Shown here: positions 40,303-48,900 of the stretch, in pieces | Numbering within the stretch: the stretch's first letter is position 1 | How the letters are laid out: each line of letters begins with the position of its first letter | Made by a program: the position numbers and the translations under genes | The notes under the pieces: generated by a model | The model's database searches: none | The model's input: the letters and a program-made list of their open reading frames with translations, nothing else | Told to the model about the DNA's origin: nothing | Source of the DNA: Nitrospirota bacterium | Lineage (GTDB): Bacteria; Nitrospirota; UBA9217 | NCBI GenBank assembly: GCA_963751455.1 | Contig: CAVVUN010000012.1 | Coordinates: 576,001-640,000 of the forward strand | DNA length: 64,000 bases | Direction: 5' to 3'

Positions 40303-42182
40303 AAAATATTTTGTTGATCGTAAACCTGTTGTTTATTTCCTGCGTCTTCTCATCAGCAGAAGCCATCTCAAACCAGGGAATCATCGGCACGAAACACGAC
40401 CTTTCAAGCAGCAATCCTGCGCCGAACGCCTATAAAGCTCTGAACGAAACCAGAATTTGCATATTCTGCCACACGCCGCACAATGCCAATCCCATGACAC
40501 CCCTCTGGAACAAAAACTTGAGCACCAAAACATACGATTTGTACAGCAGCACGACCATGCTTGCCGTGCCGCAGCAGCCGGAGGGGCCGACCCGGCTCTG
40601 CTTGAGCTGCCACGACGGCACCCTCGCTCTGGGTACCGTTTTGAAGCCCGAAGAAAACATAACAATGAGCGGAGCAACGAACCTGATTTCAGGGCCATCC
40701 TACATCGACAACCTCGACAATCATCACCCGGTCTCTTTCGCGTATTCTGATTCACTGCCGAATGACGAGCTTGCCCCGAGTCCCCCTGAGACGCTTCTCT
40801 TTTACAATTACGAAGACATTCACTGCACAACGTGTCACAACCCTCATGACAATAGGTACTCTAAATTCCTTGCCGTCAACAATGAGAACTCCGGTTTGTG
40901 CCTTCTCTGCCACAATAATATGGCAGGATGGAACACGGCATCACACAAAAACTCGCCGAATGTGTACACAGGTCCGCCTCCGCAAAACTCGACTAACCCG
41001 GACTACCCCTGGCCGCGAACAGGGGCAGGCAGCGACTTCGGATGGACAACAGTGCAGATGAACGGTTGTGAAAACTGCCATGCCCCGCATTCAGCCGGCG
41101 GCACGCAGCGGCTGATGAAGTATGAGACTGAGGAGCAGAATTGCTACGCCTGTCATAACGGCAACGTAGCAGCCGCAGCGAAAAACATTGAGACCCAATT
41201 TATGGGGAACACCTCGAGACATCACGTTGAAATGTATACAGACCTCCCGCCGCATGACGGCATAAACAAGCACGATCCCATGGCGGAAGGACAATCTCCT
41301 TTTGTTTATTCAGCCCACGTGGAATGCGTTGACTGCCATAATCCTCATGCGAGCGATAATTCATCGGCAACCGCTCCGGCTCGCTCCGGAAAAATTGCGA
41401 AGGTGACAGGAATTGACAAATCAGGCAACGCGGTTATTGCTCCCAACTTTGCCGCGAACGAATATGAAATCTGTTTTAAATGCCATGCTGACTCGGCCGG
41501 CTCAGACACCTATGACGCGACGATTTTTATCGAACGAAGCATCAGCACCATCAATACGCGTGTTGATTTCAGTGAAAGCAGCCAGATGAACTCGTCTCAT
41601 CATCCCGTCACCGACACTAAAACGAACGCGGATGACATTTCCAGCCTTTCGCCGCCGACTGATCCCGTCACCGATCCGGAAGTCCCGACCGGGCTTACTG
41701 CAATGAGCTATATTTATTGCACGGACTGCCACAGTGATGATAACCCTGCAGTGTCACGCGGTCCGCACGGGTCTCAATATGCGCCGATTCTGCGTAGACA
41801 GTACATTACCGATGTGGGCATGCCCTATAATGACGGCAACTTTCACCTGTGCTACCGATGCCACAACAAAACCAGCATCAAGAACGATGTTAGTTTCCGA
41901 AAAACCGGCGGTATGGGCGGGCACAGCGGGCATCTTCAGTCGCCGACGGACAATAAACCCATGTCCTGCTCCGTATGCCATGATCCGCATGGAGTGCAGG
42001 ACGACAGCGTCTCCGGCTCTCATACGTATCTGATTAATTTCGACATGAGTATCGTGCAACCGCTCGGCGCAAATCCTAAGCCGATTTACACGGACAACGG
42101 CGGCCATTCGGGAAGTTGCACGCTGGAATGTCATTTCCCCGACTTGACGGTCAAGTACCATGACAATGCCCCCTATCCATAA
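40299..42182 (+). CDS. ~12-heme cytochrome c with an N-terminal OmcE-like tetraheme domain
   Basis: 11 CxxCH plus CTLECH; IIGTKHDLS, ICIFCHTPHN, PLWN, LCLSCHDG, HHPVSF. Confidence 0.88.
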   Translation: MKNILLIVNLLFISCVFSSAEAISNQGIIGTKHDLSSSNPAPNAYKALNETRICIFCHTPHNANPMTPLWNKNLSTKTYDLYSSTTMLAVPQQPEGPTRLCLSCHDGTLALGTVLKPEENITMSGATNLISGPSYIDNLDNHHPVSFAYSDSLPNDELAPSPPETLLFYNYEDIHCTTCHNPHDNRYSKFLAVNNENSGLCLLCHNNMAGWNTASHKNSPNVYTGPPPQNSTNPDYPWPRTGAGSDFGWTTVQMNGCENCHAPHSAGGTQRLMKYETEEQNCYACHNGNVAAAAKNIETQFMGNTSRHHVEMYTDLPPHDGINKHDPMAEGQSPFVYSAHVECVDCHNPHASDNSSATAPARSGKIAKVTGIDKSGNAVIAPNFAANEYEICFKCHADSAGSDTYDATIFIERSISTINTRVDFSESSQMNSSHHPVTDTKTNADDISSLSPPTDPVTDPEVPTGLTAMSYIYCTDCHSDDNPAVSRGPHGSQYAPILRRQYITDVGMPYNDGNFHLCYRCHNKTSIKNDVSFRKTGGMGGHSGHLQSPTDNKPMSCSVCHDPHGVQDDSVSGSHTYLINFDMSIVQPLGANPKPIYTDNGGHSGSCTLECHFPDLTVKYHDNAPYP

Positions 42183-42415
42183 TCCGCGATAATGCCATGC
42201 TTCGTATTCAATTTGCCGGATTCGGAAATAATTTGGGGCTCTGAATCCATAAGGCAACATTTTGTCTTTTTCCAATAAAAAAAATGAAATTAATAGTTCA
42301 ATCATATGGAAATATATTGCCTTCTCTTTAGTTTGCTAATAACTTCGCTTCCAGTCCCTCTCTTCAGATGTGCTTGTACTGAAAACTTTCCTTCGCAGCT
42401 TGTTGCTAAATATTT

Positions 42416-43804
42416 GGTAGCGTTGTCAAGTGGAGACCTGACAAAAGCCCCCCATTTTACGCGCATTATGCATCAAATCCGTTATAGTAATAAGCCAGCC
42501 GGACTTTCATGACATTCAGCGCTCCGGCCTCGGTCCACTTGCTCACGTTTACCCGCATATTGACCGTGCGCATGAGTCGCTCCACCTTGCTCGTGGTCTT
42601 ACCGTCTAATCTCTTCTTGATCGCCGTAAACATATCCGGGCGGGCATTTTCAAGATAAGCGGCTGTGTGAGTATATTCTCTCTCAGCGCACCGCTTTATC
42701 AGTTCATCCAGCCGGGCCTTCTTCGAAGCGATCATCGCGGCTATCGTCTGCTTGTCGTCTACAAACGGCCGTATCGCGCAGATTTCCATCAGCTCCACGA
42801 TCACATACAACCAGTCCTCGCTCTTACGCTTCACTTTGTCCTGCCACAACACATACTTCGCTTGATAGGGAATATGCCACAAGCAGCGCTGAACAATTAT
42901 CTTCACCTTCCCCTTAAGAGCATCCAGGATGGAGGTGTCGCCGTCGGTGATTAAGGAAAACGGACGGGTGAAGCTCCCCAGAGCCTTGAGACTCTTCTTG
43001 AAAAGGTTGTCCCAGGACCCGTTATAATTCCCGATATCAAGGCCCGCCACCCGCACGCCGCCACCCTTCTTGTACTGTATGAACGCCTTCAATTCCTTCC
43101 CGCGCTTCTTGATTCCCTTGATGCCGATCCCGGTCCCGTCAGCCTCGCCCTGGGGAAGCTCCTTTTCATCAACCTTGAACTCTATTTCCGACCCCGTCTT
43201 TTGGACAGCGCTCCAGACCGTCATCTTGTCCACGGCCCAGCCGAACATCTTGCCGATCTTCTCCGCCACACGAAAGGTTGTCAAGGAACCCAGAAGCCCA
43301 AGCTTTCGATAAATTTCTGCCGCTATTCGCTTTTTCGGCTTCATTCCGAGCAGCTTTCGGGTGATGTAGAGCTTACTCCCACAGCGTTTGCAAACAACCT
43401 GGAGCTGCTGTAACCAGACCCATTGGTAAAAGGCATGAATCTTAGTCTTTTTCCCGTGCCGCGTCTTCCATGTGAATTCCCGATCATTGCCGCACCCGCA
43501 GGCAAAAGGCTTTTTCTTAAGAGCCATCACATGCTCGCCAAAGCCTACAAGCACTTTCTGAATGAAGTCCGTCAAAATCTGCGGCAAAAGCTCGGCAAAG
43601 GCGGCGAGTATTGATGAAAGAGAGCTGTCCTTCAAATGCACTTCAAATTGACAATCAAAACTGATGGTGATACCTTTCCTTTGTGGGGTAACACCCATAT
43701 TGCCCTCCTGTTTTATGGTTAGTTTCGTCCAAAACTATTATCCATAAAATGGAGGGCAATTTGTTGTTACTTCATGTCCAAAGTCTCTCCTTTTCTACAC
43801 TACC
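42416..43804 (-). mobile_element. Insertion sequence, ISH6/IS256-like, with 8-bp target duplication
   Basis: Imperfect TIRs GGTAGCGTTG / CTACACTACC; AAATATTT duplicated at 42408-42415 and 43805-43812. Confidence 0.85.
42466..43698 (-). CDS. DDE transposase (ISH6/IS256-like)
   Basis: EADGTG, ITDGD, QRCLWH, TTSKVERLMR motifs. Confidence 0.85.
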   Translation of the reverse strand: MGVTPQRKGITISFDCQFEVHLKDSSLSSILAAFAELLPQILTDFIQKVLVGFGEHVMALKKKPFACGCGNDREFTWKTRHGKKTKIHAFYQWVWLQQLQVVCKRCGSKLYITRKLLGMKPKKRIAAEIYRKLGLLGSLTTFRVAEKIGKMFGWAVDKMTVWSAVQKTGSEIEFKVDEKELPQGEADGTGIGIKGIKKRGKELKAFIQYKKGGGVRVAGLDIGNYNGSWDNLFKKSLKALGSFTRPFSLITDGDTSILDALKGKVKIIVQRCLWHIPYQAKYVLWQDKVKRKSEDWLYVIVELMEICAIRPFVDDKQTIAAMIASKKARLDELIKRCAEREYTHTAAYLENARPDMFTAIKKRLDGKTTSKVERLMRTVNMRVNVSKWTEAGALNVMKVRLAYYYNGFDA

Positions 43805-43853
43805 AAATATTTAACGAGGCAAGGCCTCAGACCGATGAAAAAAATACCTTGGA

Positions 43854-43960
43854 ACCGCGAAGGCGCGAAGGACGCGAGGAAAGCAGGAATTGAAACGGGT
43901 TTAAACCAGAAATAAGATTTTGTCGTATGGTTTCCTTCGCGCTCCTCGCGCCTTCGCGGT
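43854..43960. repeat. 9-mer tandem inverted repeat element
   Basis: ACCGCGAAGGCGCGAAGGACGCGAGG ... CCTTCGCGCTCCTCGCGCCTTCGCGGT. Confidence 0.7.
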
Positions 43961-44081
43961 AAATGCTTTTTAGCTTCTCAAAAACTTGATAATCATATGA
44001 AGGCACCTCAGCATACCAGAGCGTCTCAGCACTCTGGTATGCTTCAAGGAAAGAAGCCCATTCTAACCTTGGAGGTGCTAT

Positions 44082-45101
44082 ATGCAATTGTATACGAGTT
44101 TCGATCTTCATTCAACCAATGCATATCTGGGCATCAAAGATGAAAATGGCAAACAGGTACTTAAAAAGAAGCTGCCGAATGATCCCGAAATCATTCTCAA
44201 TTCGCTTAAGCCATACAAAAACGACATCGTCGGGATCGTCGTGGAGTCCACCTACAACTGGTACTGGCTGGTGGACCTGCTTATAAGGGAAGGATACAAG
44301 GTTCATCTTGCAAATCCTGCCGGCATACAGAAATACTCCGGTCTTAAGCACGCCGACGATCAGGACGATGCTTTCTGGTTGTGTGATATGTTGCGCCTCA
44401 ACATTCTGCCCGAGGGATACATATACCCCAGGGAAGACCGGCCAATCCGCGATCTTCTCCGGAAACGGATGCACCTGGTAAAACTGCGGACATCGCTCAT
44501 CGTGAGCCTGCAGAACATCATTTGCCGGAATAACGGCTTCAGGCTCAAGACGAGTGATGTGAAAGCGCTCAGCGAGGACCGTGTAGCCCCGTATCTGTCG
44601 GCAAGCGAAGACCTCGCGTTGGCTGGAACCGTCAGTAAAGAGTCCATCGATTTCCTAACGCGCCAGATCAATAAGATCGAAGCGGTTATCGAAGACAGAG
44701 TGGAACTTAAAGAGCCCTATGCCAAGCTGCAAAGCGTATTCGGCATCGGCAAGACGCTTGCGCTCACCATAATGCTGGAGACCGGGCCGATCACCCGATT
44801 TCCCAAAGTCGGGAACTACGTTTCCTACTGCCGGAAGGTTTCGAGCAAGTGGCTCAGCAACGACAAAGTCAAGGGCAAAGGAAACAAGAAAAGCGGCAAC
44901 AAGTATCTTGCGTGGGCCTATTCCGAGGCCGCTCAGTGCGCGCGCCGCAGTTATGTACAGGCGCGGACATACTACAATCGCAAGATGCAGAAAACGAATT
45001 TCATGGTCGCGCACAACGCTCTTGCCCATAAACTGGCGAGAGCAGCCTACTACGTTATGCGGGATAACGTAGTCTTCAAACCAGAGAAAATTTTCGTATG
45101 A
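44082..45101 (+). CDS. IS110-family DEDD recombinase/transposase
   Basis: FDLHS, VESTYNW, DDQDDAF, GIG, GNKYLAWA. Confidence 0.92.
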   Translation: MQLYTSFDLHSTNAYLGIKDENGKQVLKKKLPNDPEIILNSLKPYKNDIVGIVVESTYNWYWLVDLLIREGYKVHLANPAGIQKYSGLKHADDQDDAFWLCDMLRLNILPEGYIYPREDRPIRDLLRKRMHLVKLRTSLIVSLQNIICRNNGFRLKTSDVKALSEDRVAPYLSASEDLALAGTVSKESIDFLTRQINKIEAVIEDRVELKEPYAKLQSVFGIGKTLALTIMLETGPITRFPKVGNYVSYCRKVSSKWLSNDKVKGKGNKKSGNKYLAWAYSEAAQCARRSYVQARTYYNRKMQKTNFMVAHNALAHKLARAAYYVMRDNVVFKPEKIFV

Positions 45102-45119
45102 GAAAGACCGATTAAACAT

Positions 45120-45400
45120 AGGATGGCTGGAGCGGTGAACCTGCGTTTGAGTGTGGAAAAACCATCAAACTTGATTGGTAATCCGCTCCACCCAATTTTA
45201 TAAAGTTATCGACTGCTTTACTGCCCGTGCCGTGAGCCACCTTGGGGCTGGTTAACAACCACATTACTTGTAATAACCCGTTTTGGACACGGCAAGGAGC
45301 CGAAGATTTTCTGGTCCCCGCTACGCGGGGAAAGGGTCATGGATCCATTGCTTCACCAATGACCTTAATCCTGATGGGTGACTGGTACAGTAATAAACTG
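45120..45400 (+). ncRNA. Putative bridge/seek RNA in the IS right non-coding end
   Basis: Stem GGAGCGG/CCGCTCC enclosing target-matching segments; donor-matching ATGGGTGA at 45374; boundaries approximate. Confidence 0.65.
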
Positions 45401-45750
45401 ATACCTTAACCGAATGAAACTGCGGCACTGGTAAAGAAATCGATAACTGCAACCCCTCGACGAGAAAATTTCATTTTCTCGCCTCAGGGCGGGCTTTTTC
45501 ACTTGACAACGAGCCTTCAAATGGGTGACTCAAATTTAAAGATAATGCGAAGTAAAGGTTTTTAAATGCGTGAGATGCCTCAATGGTGGCGTCAAATGCC
45601 CCCATTGTGCAATATAAAGCAAAATTCTGGCTATAATCCGCATTTTTGTTTTTTTAGCAGGCCACTGTCTTCATTTCATATTTACCGATAGTTTTCAATG
45701 TGTTATACATTTTTATTATCGTTTCGTAAATTAATAAAATTATCTCTATA

Positions 45751-45766
45751 TGGCACTCATCTTGCG
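45751..45766 (+). promoter_or_regulatory. Sigma-54 promoter for cytochrome C
   Basis: TGGCACTCATCTTGCG. Confidence 0.8.
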
Positions 45767-45964
45767 TAGTTATTATTACTGGTTCTCCCATTCTTCCTCG
45801 TATATCAGCCTGTTAAGCGCTCAATCATCTAATCACCTGAGAGCGATGACCGGTAAAAGTGTTTGGGCCAAATCAGCATGCAACAACTATAAGCCCTAAA
45901 CAGTAGTCCAGCATTTTTATTTTTCCGGCATATTAATTATTAATCCATCGAAGGAGATTCCAAC

Positions 45965-48900
45965 ATGAATGTAAGAAAGAATTTAATCTTCTGGGCAGCC
46001 CTATTTTTCACGGCAATACCGCTCTCCGGCAACGCGAACCCTGATTTCAACAGAGATGGCGCTGTACGTGATCCAGCATCGCAAAGCGGGTGGGCGCTGC
46101 CAGCTCTTGACCCGGATACATCGGATCATGACAACTGTCTGCGATGCCATCAGCCGGGCGGACCGGCTGCCGACGTATCAGGGTACCTCAAGGGCGGCCA
46201 CAAAAATATGGCCCGCCCGGCGGACGGGAATGCATGGGGAATGCCCGGCGTAGATGCGACCCATCCCGCATCTTCCTGGCTCGCGGACGCCGGACTTGAT
46301 CCTCTTACCGGATTATTCGAAAAACTGGGGATACAGGAAGACTATCCCCAAATGTTCGTTAACTGGTCCCCCCGGACTATCTCTTTGGCCTACTGCGCAA
46401 AATCCGACGGAACGATAGGTTCGGATGATGTTCCGGATCTGGTCGCATGCCCGACCTGCGAGTCGCCGATAATGGCAAACGGCACTGCCGGATACCCTTT
46501 GAACTATCCAAACCAGACAACCTGCGAGACTGCCAGGCATCCGCTAACAGGCACCACGGATTATTTATGGGTCGATGAGGGCGATCAGCCCTTATACTGG
46601 ATTTACGGCGGCGCAGGACTCCGCCGCAATCCGGCTGTATTCGAGAGGGGTTCTCAAGTCTATTCATGCGCCCGCTGTCACACGACGGGTTGGACGGCAA
46701 ACGACATCAACACGGACCCTGATCTGGATCCCGATCGCGCTTTTGACCCGAACAAACTCCCCTACGGCAATCCTGCATGGTCGCTTGCCACTTTTACGAC
46801 CATGACGACTCTCGGCAACCCTTCCCAGCTTCTTCTTGACCCAGGCATGCCTCTCTGGCCTGCTGACGGCACGACTGCCACAGACACCGCTCGCAACCTT
46901 TCCTCCTGGGACCAGTGGGGCATCGAATGCTCACGGTGCCACATGTCCTTTTATGACGGTCATAGTACCTGGCCTAATCCCAGTTCCGCGTTTAACGGCT
47001 CTGGCATAACGACTGGCGGGGATATCACCGCGCTTTGCATGAACTGCCACCGGCAGGAGAATACGGGCCCGGGAAAAAATGGCGTTCCACTTCTGCTGAC
47101 AAACGGCTCTACAACGTCAGATATGGGGGCTAAACTTCTCTATACCAACAGAGCAGCGCAACCGGACGGCTTCTCGCATCATGCTGACGGAAACGAGTTT
47201 CTGAACAGCCCGCATGCGAAATTCAAGGGCAACTGGGGACAGATAGGCTGTCCGCCGTACTCAATCGTTCCCGGAGATCCGTCTTTTCCCGGAACGCCTC
47301 CAAGAGTTAACTATCCTATTGTTCCAACAGGGGAATACTGCAGTCGGGCTATAATGAACTTCAATGGTACGACAACCGCCTCATTGTATTTTAGCAAGTT
47401 CGCCAGGGCGGTGGTTGTCGATTTAGGCCAAAACACCAGCACGGCCGGAGGCTGCACTTCATGCCACAATGTCCACGAAACAACCAATGAGAACTCCTCA
47501 GGCTGGAGCGCCGGCGCATTTAACGCAACCTGCACGGATTGTCATTCAAATCCGGCCGCCACGATCACCGTTTCTCAGGTAAATCTTTCGTTAATGTACC
47601 ATCCGACCGGGCCGGGCACGCCCATGGAAAACCCGGCCAAGGCGTGCTCGATTTGTCATCAGCCGGAGGGGATGAAGCATCTCTGGAGAATAAACACAGA
47701 CCCGAATTACATTACATTCCCCACCTACACGAACAGTGAATCTCTCGCATCCACGGCAGTCGACACAACAGGGTATAATGCTGTCTGGGTTGACCTGGAT
47801 CATGCATGCGGACAATGCCATGGCGGCGGGGTGTCAGCAACGGACCTTGCAACAACCGGAACGATTGATACCAGTCCTACCGGCTCGAAAACCCTGACCG
47901 TTGACGATGCGACGGGCTTCGCTGCCGGTAAAAAAATCCATATCGCCGATGCAGGCGTGTCCGGAGGTCCTTTTAAGACCATCATCTCATCGGTCTCCGG
48001 AAGCACCGTCAACCTTTCCTATGCTGTGGTTTCATCGGTTGCCGGCGCAGCGGTAACCGTGTCAGGCAACCCTGCTGCCGAAGGCGCGCCCTATCTGACC
48101 GGGACCCAGATTGCAGAATCGGCAAAAACCATTCATGACGGGAACGTGAACAGCATGACTTGTTCGGTTTGCCATACCATCGGGACAGGTCATCACGTTA
48201 CCGGAACTACATCATGCTCGACATGCCATACCGCCCGGCTTCATACCCTTGTTCTGCCGCCTTCCGGAAATCCTTCCTATAATTCAGAGCATGTTACGCC
48301 CGGCACGGGTTGCCTGGGCTGCCATGGCCCTGGCGGCCTGGCGACTCACAACACCATTACTGCGGATGGAGCAGATGATAATCACCACTCCAACGCTGGT
48401 TCCTGTACATCATGCCACGGCGCATCCGGCGGAGAGGCACCGAATAACGCGGGCAAATCTTTGGCCGCTGACCGCAACGATTTTTGTCTAACCTGTCACA
48501 GCAACAGCGGGTCGTACCCGGTACATCACGGGGTCGCGGCAGTTGCAACAGCAGGCAAAGACTGCATGAGCATGGGCTGCCATGCTGCTAATGCCGGCGC
48601 GCCCGGGAACGCGCTCCCGGCCACGAACGCAAACTGCCTGCTGTGCCACAATAGCGCGATCGGCACGGCTCCTGCGATAGTACTCGGCACGAACCACCAT
48701 AGCGGCGTGAATTGCGCAGTATGCCATCTTGCCGAGCCGTTCGCTGTTCTGCCCCCTGCCGGGAATCCCGAATATAATTCTTCTACAGGGCATATAACGC
48801 CGGGCACGGGTTGCCTGGGATGCCATGGCCCCGGCGGCTTGGCGACACACAATACCATTACCGCGGATGGAGCAGGTGATAATCACCATTCCAACCAGGG

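Larger units (their letters stand above)
43987..45528 (+). mobile_element. IS110-family element, IS1111 type
   Basis: Sub-terminal IRs ATATGAAGGC (43995-44004) and GCCTTCAAAT (45513-45522); TGA core at both ends; TTGACA at 45503 and GATAAT at the left end. Confidence 0.8.
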
